DNA of 54,499 nucleotides, from NCBI GenBank assembly GCA_020720105.1, contig DYPF01000001.1:16782-71280 (forward strand). The letters run 5' to 3'. Position numbers and translations under genes: made by a program. Below the pieces are notes generated by a model that made no database searches, was not told where the DNA came from, and worked only from the letters and a program-made list of their open reading frames with translations. This DNA is from Chloroherpeton thalassium. GTDB lineage: Bacteria > Bacteroidota > Ignavibacteria > Kapaibacteriales > UBA2268. Numbering within the stretch: the first letter of the stretch is position 1; every line of letters begins with the position of its first letter. This document shows, piece by piece, positions 1 to 8,266 of the stretch.

Positions 1-4
1 ACTT

Positions 5-520
5 TCAACTTTTAACTTTCAACTTCTTCAGTGCTGACCATTGTTCATTAATTTCTTGATTTTTCTCTGAACTTAACTCTGGATAAATTTCATCAAAATC
101 TTTATCTCTATATTTTGGTGAAACTTTCTTCATTGGTGTTCCTAAAATCAACTCTTGACGAACAAAGTCAGTTAATACAACAAATTGATCGTCTTCGTGT
201 ATAATTATATCACCTGATTCGTTTTCTTTTATTTCCCTGTCTTCGTTTAAATAATACAATTCGCTATTTGCAATAATATTTAACTCAAAGTTTGCTTTAA
301 TTTCTTCTTCAAATTCCTCTAATGTAACATCACAAATAAGTTTTGCTATGCAAGTAACATTACAAATAACTGAATAACGCTTTCCAATCTTTGTTAAAGA
401 TCCAAAAACCTTGATATTACCAACAAATTCTTCTGGTAATTCTGCGAGGTTTAAAACTGGTTCTTCTAATTCAAAATTAAATTTACCGTCTTGTATTCCA
501 TGTATTCTAACTTGCAACAT
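5..520 (-). CDS. DUF177/YceD-family protein
   Basis: 171-aa ORF. Layout matches my recollection of YceD/DUF177 proteins: ...AKLICDVTLEEFEEEI..., an acidic stretch, ...VVLTDFVRQELILGTPMKKVSP..., and a C-terminal ...WSALKKLK. The usual downstream partner rpmF would lie off the left edge. Confidence 0.5.
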   Translation of the reverse strand: MLQVRIHGIQDGKFNFELEEPVLNLAELPEEFVGNIKVFGSLTKIGKRYSVICNVTCIAKLICDVTLEEFEEEIKANFELNIIANSELYYLNEDREIKENESGDIIIHEDDQFVVLTDFVRQELILGTPMKKVSPKYRDKDFDEIYPELSSEKNQEINEQWSALKKLKVKS

Positions 521-615
521 ACAATTTGTGAAAATTAAAGATTACAAAATTACGAAAAAAATAGGAATTGCTTATCGCAAACCCTATTTTTCTTTTGAAT
601 TGTATTTAAATCAAA

Positions 616-1437
616 TTATTTTGTTGGTAAATCAGCTTTGTAATTAATCAAAGTTGATTCATTGCCATCGATTGTTTGATTGATATATCCAGCAATATTG
701 ATTTTAGTCGCCAATGTCTTGGTTCCGACAAGTCCAACTCCATCAGCAAAATAGAATGAAGTTACAATTGAGGTACTAGTGATTGGCACTTGAAAATTCA
801 TCAGATCTTTCAATATTACTGTACCAGAAATATCAATGGAAGTGGTATATTCGTTTGCTGTAATTGTTTTGTTGCCTATAGTAAATTGTTTAGTTGCACC
901 TTTTCTACCATTTATTGAGAAGTAAATATTAATATCAGTATTTACACCTTCCTTTATTTTAACATCTTTCATAATGATAGTATCTTTAGGTAAAATTACC
1001 CAAGCGGCATTTTTAAAATCAATTAAATTTACCCAAGATACTTCGATAAAATCAGAAATCTTCACTCCAAATAAGTCAATGCTTAAGCCTGGAAGTTGAT
1101 CAATCTTTTGATAGAAAATATCATTTTGATAGAACACTTTCTGTTCTGAATTGGTATTATCGGAATATTGGTGCTTTAGAATAGAAATTAGAGCATTTGA
1201 TATTGTTTTAACAGTTTCATTTTCTTGTCGGTTTAAAGTAACTTGATCTGTGATTTCTGTTGATAAGATTTTATTGTTTAAACTATCTGTTTCATAATTT
1301 TTGTAAGTCCAATAATTTCCAATAACATTTGGGAAATAATTAGGATCGGTTGTTGGGTTAGTTGAATTATCGTCAGAGCAAGAATACATAAATAAACTTG
1401 CTGATAGGACGAGAGCTGCAATGATTTTTTTTAGCAT
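616..1437 (-). CDS. predicted lipoprotein, unknown function
   Basis: 273-aa ORF. N-terminus MLKKIIAALVLSASLFMYSC looks like a signal peptide with a lipobox-like Cys. No catalytic motif recognised. Confidence 0.6.
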   Translation of the reverse strand: MLKKIIAALVLSASLFMYSCSDDNSTNPTTDPNYFPNVIGNYWTYKNYETDSLNNKILSTEITDQVTLNRQENETVKTISNALISILKHQYSDNTNSEQKVFYQNDIFYQKIDQLPGLSIDLFGVKISDFIEVSWVNLIDFKNAAWVILPKDTIIMKDVKIKEGVNTDINIYFSINGRKGATKQFTIGNKTITANEYTTSIDISGTVILKDLMNFQVPITSTSIVTSFYFADGVGLVGTKTLATKINIAGYINQTIDGNESTLINYKADLPTK

Positions 1438-1550
1438 TTATTTTCCTTTTAAATTTAATTTTATATTTAAATAATTAACACTTTAGTCGAACATTTATTT
1501 TAAATACGAGAAATTTTATTTTAATGTTTCTCAAATTGATAAAAAATTGC

Positions 1551-1558
1551 TATTTTTG
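1551..1558 (+). promoter_or_regulatory. candidate -7 promoter box TATTTTTG (TAnnTTTG type) for nuoJK
   Basis: Exact TAnnTTTG match ending 12 nt upstream of the nuoJ ATG at 1571. Confidence 0.35.
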
Positions 1559-1570
1559 TTCTTTATTAAA

Positions 1571-2092
1571 ATGCAGAAGACGGTGAATTTACAATTAATA
1601 TCATTAATCATCTTAGGAGTTCTTGCAATAGCAAGTGCTCTATCTACAGTTTTAAGTAGACATCCAATTTATTCAGCAATGTCTTTGGTAGTTCATTTCT
1701 TTACTTTGGCGGGCATATATCTAACATTACAATCACAATTTATCGCTGTTTTACAAATACTTGTTTATGCAGGTGCAATTATGGTTTTAGTGATTTTTGT
1801 GCTGATGTTACTCAATCTTAGCCACGAAGAGAAGCAAAAGTTATCAATACAATCTCGGAATAGTTTCGGAATTGTATTAGTTGCAGTATTTATTATTATG
1901 CTGACTACTTATTTGTTTTCGGGTTCGTTTGTGTATACCCAAGAAGAAAATGTGATGGCGTTGTTTGGTCCCAAAGCATTGGGATATGTATTATTTACAG
2001 AACATTTGGCAGCATTTGAGTTTGTAGGAATTTTACTTTTAGCAGCAATTATCGGAGCGATGGTTATGGCAAAAAAGAAATTAGCAGATTAA
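1571..2092 (+). CDS. nuoJ: NADH-quinone oxidoreductase subunit J
   Basis: Hydrophobic protein with the NuoJ/ND6-like core ...SRHPIYSAMSLVVHFFTLAGIYLTLQSQFIAVLQILVYAGAIMVLVIFVLMLL.... I prefer the ATG at 1571 because the ORF-track TTG at 1547 would overlap the promoter box. Confidence 0.85.
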   Translation: MQKTVNLQLISLIILGVLAIASALSTVLSRHPIYSAMSLVVHFFTLAGIYLTLQSQFIAVLQILVYAGAIMVLVIFVLMLLNLSHEEKQKLSIQSRNSFGIVLVAVFIIMLTTYLFSGSFVYTQEENVMALFGPKALGYVLFTEHLAAFEFVGILLLAAIIGAMVMAKKKLAD

Positions 2093-2107
2093 GCAAGGAA
2101 AAAAATT

Positions 2108-2416
2108 ATGAATCTTATACCATTAGAATTATATTTAGCACTTTCGGCAATTTTATTTGCAATCGGAGTTCTTGGCGTAATTATCCGCAGGAATGCAATT
2201 ATAATTTTTATGTCAATAGAAATTATGTTGAATAGCGTAAACCTATCGTTTGTGGCTTTCTCGCGATATATGTCCGATCCAACTGGACAAATTTTTGTAT
2301 TCTTTGTGATGGCAGTAGCTGCTGCAGAAAGTGCAATTGGGCTGGCGATTATCCTTGCTTTATTTAGGAAAAAGCAAACAATTTATGTTGATGAAGTTAA
2401 CTTACTAAAAGATTGA
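2108..2416 (+). CDS. nuoK: NADH-quinone oxidoreductase subunit K
   Basis: 102 aa with three predicted TM helices. ...[10 protein letters not shown]... and ...[17 protein letters not shown]... are typical of NuoK/ND4L. Starts 15 nt after the nuoJ stop. Confidence 0.9.
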   Translation: MNLIPLELYLALSAILFAIGVLGVIIRRNAIIIFMSIEIMLNSVNLSFVAFSRYMSDPTGQIFVFFVMAVAAAESAIGLAIILALFRKKQTIYVDEVNLLKD

Positions 2417-2448
2417 TTGAAAGACTAATAAGAAGTTCTAAAAATTGA

Positions 2449-2575
2449 GGCTGTCTCATAAGTCAGTTTTGGCGTCATTCCCACGAAAGTGGGAATCCAT
2501 AAATCCTCTATAGTAGTGGATTCCCGTTTGCACGGGAATGACAATTTTCAAATATTTTGGACTTATGAGACAGCC
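2449..2575. repeat. MITE-like nested palindromic element, copy A (127 bp)
   Basis: Perfect 16-bp terminal inverted repeats: GGCTGTCTCATAAGTC (2449-2464) and GACTTATGAGACAGCC (2560-2575). They enclose two hairpins of the form ATTCCC-N8-GGGAAT (2477-2496 and 2520-2539). A second copy lies at 46496-46685 in inverted orientation. Confidence 0.8.
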
Positions 2576-2650
2576 CCAGTCTAAATTGAATTATTAGAAC
2601 CACTCTAAAATAATATTTTTTAATAATTACCTAATTTTTAGCAAAATGAT

Positions 2651-2681
2651 AACTCGGATTAAAATAGTCCGAGTTTTTTTT
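2651..2681 (+). terminator. stem-loop plus T-tract (intrinsic terminator for nuoJK and/or Rrf2 operator)
   Basis: aACTCGGA-ttaaaatag-TCCGAGTt forms a 7-8 bp stem with a 9-nt loop, followed directly by eight T (2674-2681). It lies 14 nt upstream of the Rrf2 ATG. Confidence 0.55.
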
Positions 2682-2694
2682 CGTCTTTTTGCTT

Positions 2695-3123
2695 ATGTTT
2701 AAGTTGCCAAGAAAAGTAGAATATGCACTTATGTCGATGCAGTTGTTGAACCAAGCATCTTTAATGCGGTTAACAGCTAAAGATATTGCCCAGCAATTAG
2801 GGATTCCATTGCAAATAACAGCTAAAACTATGCAACAACTGATGAACTTGGGTTTTGTAAAATCTCACGAAGGAGCTAAAGGCGGTTATACATTAGATTA
2901 TTTGCACATCGACATTTCTTTGTATGATTTTTTAAATAGAATGCAAGAAGCACCATCGATAGTCAAATGTCAGCACTCCAAAATAGAGATATTGCAAAAT
3001 GGAACTTATGGCAAGGAGAATTGTGAATATTTTGAAATTTGCAAAATTAAAAATTCAATGATTCTTATTCAACAAAAAATAGAAAAAGTATTTAAAGAAA
3101 CAAAATTAACCGAAATTATTTAG
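2695..3123 (+). CDS. Rrf2-family transcriptional regulator (IscR/SufR-like)
   Basis: N-terminal [18 protein letters not shown]... plus a wHTH (...[41 protein letters not shown]) is typical of Rrf2. Three C-terminal Cys are present. Sits directly upstream of sufBCD. ATG at 2695 preferred over the TTG at 2689. Confidence 0.75.
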   Translation: MFKLPRKVEYALMSMQLLNQASLMRLTAKDIAQQLGIPLQITAKTMQQLMNLGFVKSHEGAKGGYTLDYLHIDISLYDFLNRMQEAPSIVKCQHSKIEILQNGTYGKENCEYFEICKIKNSMILIQQKIEKVFKETKLTEII

Positions 3124-3136
3124 GAAAAAAAAGATT

Positions 3137-4576
3137 ATGTCCCAAGAGATAATTGATAAATACACAAGTGGTGAGTATAAATACGGATTTGTTACTAATA
3201 TTGAGCAAGAGTTTGCTCCAAAAGGACTTAGTGAGGAAACAATAAAGTTTATTTCTCAAAAGAAAAACGAACCTGAATTTATATTAGATTATAGATTGAA
3301 AGCATTTCGTTTTTGGAAAAGTATGAAACAACCAAATTGGCAAAAAGTACAATTTCCCGATATTGATTTCCAAGATATTTTCTACTATGCCGCACCTATT
3401 TTGAAAAGCAAACCAAAAAGTTTAGATGAAATTGACCCTGAAATTAGAGATACTTACAATAAATTAGGTATTCCGCTCGAAGAACAAATGATGTTGGCTG
3501 GAATTGCAGTTGATGCTGTGCTTGATAGTGTATCTGTTGCCACAACATATCGCGAGCGTCTGGCGGAAGCAGGAATAATCTTTTGCTCAATATCGGAAGC
3601 TATCCAAGATTATCCTGAATTAATCAAGAAATATCTCGGAAGTGTTGTGCCATACACTGATAATTATTATGCAGCACTTAACTCAGCAGTATTTACTGAT
3701 GGATCTTTCGTTTTAATACCCAAAGGTGTTCGTTCACCTATGGAATTAAGTACATATTTCCGTATCAATGCTGCCCAAACTGGTCAATTTGAAAGAACTT
3801 TGATTGTTGCAGAAGAAGGTGCGTATGTTAGCTACCTTGAAGGTTGCACTGCTCCAATGCGAGATGAAAATCAACTTCACGCCGCAATTGTTGAAATTTA
3901 CGTCCACAAAGATGCCGAAGTTAAATACTCAACTGTTCAAAATTGGTATCCAGGTGATAAAGAAGGCAAAGGTGGTATTTACAACTTTGTTACCAAACGT
4001 GGTCTCTGTGCGGGCGATAATTCCAAAATTTCTTGGACGCAAGTGGAAACAGGCTCGGCTATTACTTGGAAATATCCATCGTGTATATTAAAGGGGAATA
4101 ATTCAGTTGGTGAGTTTTATTCTGTTGCAATCACTAATAATTATCAACAAGCAGATACAGGCTCGAAGATGATTCATATCGGTGAAAACACTCGTAGCCG
4201 TATTGTTTCCAAAGGAATTTCGGCAGGAAAAAGTGATAATTCTTATCGAGGATTAGTTAAGATTGGCAAAAATGCTAAAAATGCACGAAACTTTACTCAA
4301 TGCGATTCGCTACTTATTGGCGATAAATGCGGAGCACATACTTTTCCATACATTGAATCGGAAAATCCTTCTGCTACTGTTGAACACGAAGCAACTACTT
4401 CCAAAATTTCAGATGATTCCATTTTCTACTTGAATCAACGAGGTATTAATACCGAAGATGCCGTTGGTATGATTGTAAATGGATATGCTCGCGAAGTAAT
4501 TATGAAATTACCAATGGAATTTGCTGTTGAAGCACAAAAATTACTTTCTATCAGTTTAGAAGGTAGTGTCGGCTAA
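3137..4576 (+). CDS. sufB: Fe-S cluster assembly scaffold SufB
   Basis: 479 aa. Conserved SufB stretches include ...[33 protein letters not shown]... and ...[35 protein letters not shown].... Confidence 0.95.
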   Translation: MSQEIIDKYTSGEYKYGFVTNIEQEFAPKGLSEETIKFISQKKNEPEFILDYRLKAFRFWKSMKQPNWQKVQFPDIDFQDIFYYAAPILKSKPKSLDEIDPEIRDTYNKLGIPLEEQMMLAGIAVDAVLDSVSVATTYRERLAEAGIIFCSISEAIQDYPELIKKYLGSVVPYTDNYYAALNSAVFTDGSFVLIPKGVRSPMELSTYFRINAAQTGQFERTLIVAEEGAYVSYLEGCTAPMRDENQLHAAIVEIYVHKDAEVKYSTVQNWYPGDKEGKGGIYNFVTKRGLCAGDNSKISWTQVETGSAITWKYPSCILKGNNSVGEFYSVAITNNYQQADTGSKMIHIGENTRSRIVSKGISAGKSDNSYRGLVKIGKNAKNARNFTQCDSLLIGDKCGAHTFPYIESENPSATVEHEATTSKISDDSIFYLNQRGINTEDAVGMIVNGYAREVIMKLPMEFAVEAQKLLSISLEGSVG

Positions 4577-4623
4577 CAATTTCGTTAAAAAAGTATTATT
4601 TTGAAACTTAAAAAACATATAAA

Positions 4624-5379
4624 ATGAATTTATTAAAAATCAATAATTTGAAAGCAAAAATTAACGAAAACGAGATTCTCCACGGGATTAATCTCGAAGT
4701 TAAACCAGGTGAAATTCACGCAATTATGGGACCTAATGGTTCTGGCAAAAGCACTTTAGCATCAGTTTTGGCAGGTAAAAGTAATTTTGAAGTTACCGAT
4801 GGTACTGTGGAATTTAATGGTAAAGATTTATTTGAACTGTCGCCAGATGAGAGAGCAAAAGAGGGTCTTTTCTTGGCTTTTCAATATCCAGTTGAAATCC
4901 CAGGAGTAAGCAATGTGAATTTCTTACGAACTGCTGTGAATGAACACAAAAAATATCGTGGCGAGGAACTTATGGAAGCTGGTCCTTTCCTAAAAATGAT
5001 TAGAGAAAAAGCTAAAATTATCCAATTTGACAATAAATATCTAACCCGTCCTGTTAATGAAGGCTTTTCGGGTGGTGAAAAGAAGAAAAACGAGATTTTC
5101 CAAATGGCTGTTCTTGAACCGAAGTTAGCAATTTTAGATGAAACAGATTCGGGATTAGATATTGATGCACTCAAAATTGTTGCCGATGGAGTGAATACTT
5201 TGAGAACAGAAAATAATGCTTACTTAGTTATTACTCATTATCAAAGATTACTCAATTACATCGTGCCCGACTTTGTTCATATTCTTTACAATGGTAAAAT
5301 TATCAAAACAGGTGGCAAAGAATTAGCTCTCGAGCTGGAAGAAAAAGGATATGATTGGATAATTAACCCCGAAAATTAG
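4624..5379 (+). CDS. sufC: Fe-S cluster assembly ATPase SufC
   Basis: Walker [13 protein letters not shown] signature [10 protein letters not shown], Walker [14 protein letters not shown]-loop ITHY. Confidence 0.95.
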   Translation: MNLLKINNLKAKINENEILHGINLEVKPGEIHAIMGPNGSGKSTLASVLAGKSNFEVTDGTVEFNGKDLFELSPDERAKEGLFLAFQYPVEIPGVSNVNFLRTAVNEHKKYRGEELMEAGPFLKMIREKAKIIQFDNKYLTRPVNEGFSGGEKKKNEIFQMAVLEPKLAILDETDSGLDIDALKIVADGVNTLRTENNAYLVITHYQRLLNYIVPDFVHILYNGKIIKTGGKELALELEEKGYDWIINPEN

Positions 5380-5393
5380 TAGAAGTGAACAAA

Positions 5394-6584
5394 ATGAAAT
5401 TTATAGAATCATTAAAAGAACAAAATCATAATTTCAAGATAAATTCTGAAATATTGCATCAAGCCGAAAGTTTGGGTTTGCCCAACTTCAAGACTGAATT
5501 ATGGAAAAATACTCCTTTGCCCAGAAATATCTACGATTATTCGATTGCTTCACATAATTCGGACAGAAATCTGCCATTATCAATTTCAGATGTATTTGTT
5601 GAACCAAATGCAGAATATTACAAATTTGAAAATGGGTATTGCCAGCAATTAAAGAACCAGCAATTAGAAAATCAACAAATAGAAAACAAAACAGACGAGT
5701 GTTTTTTTGCAAAAGATATTTTTTATTTGTTGAATAAATCCATTGGCAATATTGCCAATCATTTTGTGTTTAATCACAAAAATGAGAATCAAATTGTTCG
5801 ATTTGATTATATTTCCGATACTGCAAATCTGGAATTGATAAATCTGCAAAATATCTTTGTTCTCGAGGAGTCCGCTAATGCAGAGATTTTCTTGAATTTT
5901 ATCGGAAATGATAATACAATTCAAAATAATATCTTTACAATTATTCAATCACCAAATTCTCACTTGAAAATCAATATTCTTTCAAACAATAAAGACTCTC
6001 AAATTATCAATAATTTTAGAATAATTATTAATAATAATGCACATTTGACTATCAATAATGTTTCGATGAAGGGCACATTCATTAGAAATAATATTCAAGT
6101 GGATATTAATGGAAGTAATGCCGAAGTAATCGCAAACTGCTTTTATTTTGTTAATGAGATGAATGTTGCCGACAATCATATTTTGATGAATCACAATGCA
6201 CCAAATTCATATAGCAATCAATTTTACAAAGGAATTATTGGAGAAGAGGGAAGGGGAATATTTGACGGGAAAATTTATGTTAAAAAAGATGCACAAAAAA
6301 CTGATGCATATCAAACAAATAGAAATATCTTAACCTCCGATGATGCACGAATTTTCACAAAGCCCGCTTTAGAGATTTATGCTGACGATGTGAAGTGCTC
6401 TCACGGAGCAACTTCTGGTTTTTTGCAAGAAGAAGAGATATTTTATTTGATGAGCCGAGGAATTGATAAAGAAAATAGCCAAAAATTGCTGTTGAAAGCC
6501 TTTGCGAACGATGTAATTGAAAAAATATCTAATGAAAACTATCGAGAATGGCTCGGCAACCAAATAGAGAAAATATTGGATTGA
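5394..6584 (+). CDS. sufD: Fe-S cluster assembly protein SufD
   Basis: The C-terminal region ...TNRNILTSDDARIFTKPALEIYADDVKCSHGATSGFLQEEEIFYLMSRGI... is the SufB/SufD beta-helix signature. Follows sufC. Start could be the GTG at 5385 or the ATG at 5394. Confidence 0.85.
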   Translation: MKFIESLKEQNHNFKINSEILHQAESLGLPNFKTELWKNTPLPRNIYDYSIASHNSDRNLPLSISDVFVEPNAEYYKFENGYCQQLKNQQLENQQIENKTDECFFAKDIFYLLNKSIGNIANHFVFNHKNENQIVRFDYISDTANLELINLQNIFVLEESANAEIFLNFIGNDNTIQNNIFTIIQSPNSHLKINILSNNKDSQIINNFRIIINNNAHLTINNVSMKGTFIRNNIQVDINGSNAEVIANCFYFVNEMNVADNHILMNHNAPNSYSNQFYKGIIGEEGRGIFDGKIYVKKDAQKTDAYQTNRNILTSDDARIFTKPALEIYADDVKCSHGATSGFLQEEEIFYLMSRGIDKENSQKLLLKAFANDVIEKISNENYREWLGNQIEKILD

Positions 6585-6939
6585 TTTTTATAGTATGATA
6601 AAACTATCTACAACTCGCTTTCTGTAGTGTCAGAGCAAGCTCTGCTCAAATAATATCAGCAAGAAGATATTCTATATTCATCCGATGACTTAAAGTCATC
6701 AGATGAATTATCTTTATAATAATAATTATAGAACAATAACAATTTGTACTCCTCAATAATACAACGTAAAGGTTCTGTAAAATATAGTTTATTCTTATTG
6801 TAATATAAAAACTTTAGAATAAAATACAACTTTCCCTACCTATTTAAACATAATTTTTAGTAATGATTCGGATTAATTTCATAAGTCATTGATTTTCCAC
6901 TTGTGAAAGGAGAAAAAATCCATTTGAAATTCTTCAAAT

Positions 6940-6978
6940 AAAAAAAGATGGAGCCCATTTTGGAAATGGACTCCATCT
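6940..6978 (-). terminator. intrinsic terminator of the ferritin gene
   Basis: On the minus strand, AGATGGAG-T-CCATTT-cca-AAATGG-G-CTCCATCT hairpin (6946-6978) followed by a run of seven U (A-run 6940-6946 on the plus strand). It begins 21 nt after the ferritin stop. Confidence 0.8.
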
Positions 6979-6998
6979 ATTATAAAATTGTTTAAAAT

Positions 6999-7511
6999 TT
7001 ATTCTGCTTTAGTTGCAACTTCTATTTTTCTTGCTTTAAGTTCATTATCAAGGAGGAATAAACTTGATTTGCTATCGCCAGCTAATCTTAATCTATCAAG
7101 TATTTCGCCTGTAGTTTTCTCTTCTTCAACTTGTTCGTCAATAAACCAATTTAAGAATGACATCGTTGCATAATCTTTTTCGGTATGAGCAATATCTGCA
7201 ATGTCATTAATCCAAGCAGTTATTTTTTGCTCGTGTTCCAAAGCATCAGCAAAAGGTTGAATGTAGCCAGCCCATACTGATGGTGTAGCTGTAATCATAC
7301 CGATATTTACTTTACCACCTCTGTCCAAAACGTAATCGAAAAATTTCAAAGCGTGAATCATTTCTTCTTCTGCTTGGATTCTCATCCAATTTGCAAAACC
7401 ATTTAAATTGATTGATGCATAATATGCAGCCATTGATAAATATAAGTTTGAAGAGTACATTTCACGAACGATTTGCTCGTTAATAGCTGTTTGCAAAGAT
7501 TCTTTAATCAT
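6999..7511 (-). CDS. ftnA: bacterial non-haem ferritin
   Basis: 170 aa. ...LNEQIVREMYSSNLYLSMAAYY... and ...QAEEEMIHALKFFDYV... fit the ferritin four-helix ferroxidase pattern. Confidence 0.85.
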   Translation of the reverse strand: MIKESLQTAINEQIVREMYSSNLYLSMAAYYASINLNGFANWMRIQAEEEMIHALKFFDYVLDRGGKVNIGMITATPSVWAGYIQPFADALEHEQKITAWINDIADIAHTEKDYATMSFLNWFIDEQVEEEKTTGEILDRLRLAGDSKSSLFLLDNELKARKIEVATKAE

Positions 7512-7561
7512 AATAATTTCCTAATTAAGTTAATAAATTCAATTCTTTAAACGAAAAATCA

Positions 7562-7578
7562 TTTAGAATATTTCTAAA
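7562..7578. promoter_or_regulatory. 7-3-7 inverted repeat TTTAGAA-TAT-TTCTAAA, candidate operator upstream of ferritin
   Basis: Both 7-bp arms are perfect. The site lies 51-67 nt upstream of the ferritin ATG (7511), in the 78-nt gap between ferritin and gmhA. Confidence 0.35.
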
Positions 7579-7589
7579 TTATCAAAAAT

Positions 7590-8177
7590 CTAATTTGAAT
7601 ATAAGTATTCTTCAATTAGTTCACAAAGAATATGTCCAACTAAAATATGTGTTTCTTGGATTCGTGCGGTAACATCGCTTGGAGCAATAAAATTAACATC
7701 ACAAATCGAGGATAATTCTCCACCATTTCCACCCAAAAAGCCAACAGTAAGCATATTCTTTTGGCGAGCTTGCTTAACAGCTTCAATAATATTTGGAGAA
7801 TTTCCGCTTGTGGAAATTGCAAATAATGCATCTTTATCATTACCGAGAGCTTCAACTTGACGGGAGAATATTTGATTAAAACCAAAATCATTGCCACAAG
7901 CAGTTAAAATGGAAGTATCAGTAGTAAGAGCGATAGCAGGAATTGCAGGACGAGGAAAAGAACTACGGAATCTGACTACTAATTCAGCAGCTAAATGCTG
8001 ACTATCAGCAGCGCTTCCTCCATTACCGCAAAAAAGGATTTTGCCACCTTTTTCGATAACACTTTTCAATTTTAGGGCAATTTCATTTATTAATTCGATA
8101 GTATCTTTTTTGAACAGAGTTTGTTTAGTAAAAATACTATCTTCTATTGATGTTGTAATTTTTTCGAAATAATTCAT
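7590..8177 (-). CDS. gmhA: phosphoheptose isomerase (SIS domain)
   Basis: ...GGKILFCGNGGSAADSQHLAAELV..., ...CGNDFGFNQIFSRQVEALG... and ...AISTSGNSPNIIEAV... closely track the GmhA sequence as I remember it. Confidence 0.85.
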   Translation of the reverse strand: MNYFEKITTSIEDSIFTKQTLFKKDTIELINEIALKLKSVIEKGGKILFCGNGGSAADSQHLAAELVVRFRSSFPRPAIPAIALTTDTSILTACGNDFGFNQIFSRQVEALGNDKDALFAISTSGNSPNIIEAVKQARQKNMLTVGFLGGNGGELSSICDVNFIAPSDVTARIQETHILVGHILCELIEEYLYSN

Positions 8178-8193
8178 AAATAATGTTTTTTTA

Positions 8194-8201
8194 CAAAATT
8201 A
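8194..8201 (-). promoter_or_regulatory. candidate -7 box TAATTTTG for gmhA
   Basis: TAnnTTTG match on the minus strand, 17 nt upstream of the gmhA ATG (8177). Confidence 0.35.
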
Positions 8202-8266
8202 ACAATTATTAAGAATAAATTTATAATCACAAGTAAATTTATACTCTTAATTGGTTATTATGTTAA

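Noticed and set aside
2477-2539. Homology of the ATTCCC-N8-GGGAAT hairpins to the Neisseria dRS3 / intergenic mosaic element system
   Set aside because: Only the short stem consensus is shared. The lineage signals here point to the FCB group, so convergence or coincidence is more likely. This is reported as a formal resemblance, not a homology claim.
3804-5174. Nested or antisense ORFs inside sufB and sufC (3804-4091 plus strand, 4881-5174 minus strand)
   Set aside because: They overlap strongly conserved sufB/sufC coding sequence in other frames. They have no recognisable motifs and a low-complexity composition typical of shadow ORFs.
5488-6563. Four minus-strand ORFs (64-94 aa) antisense to sufD
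   Set aside because: All lie within the sufD frame, which carries the conserved SufB/D C-terminal signature. They are AT-rich antisense frames that are open by chance.
6677-6707. 13-bp-stem hairpin downstream of sufD as its intrinsic terminator
   Set aside because: It has an internal C-A mismatch and no following T-tract, and it lies about 90 nt past the stop codon. It is mentioned under the long-spacer finding but not called as a terminator.
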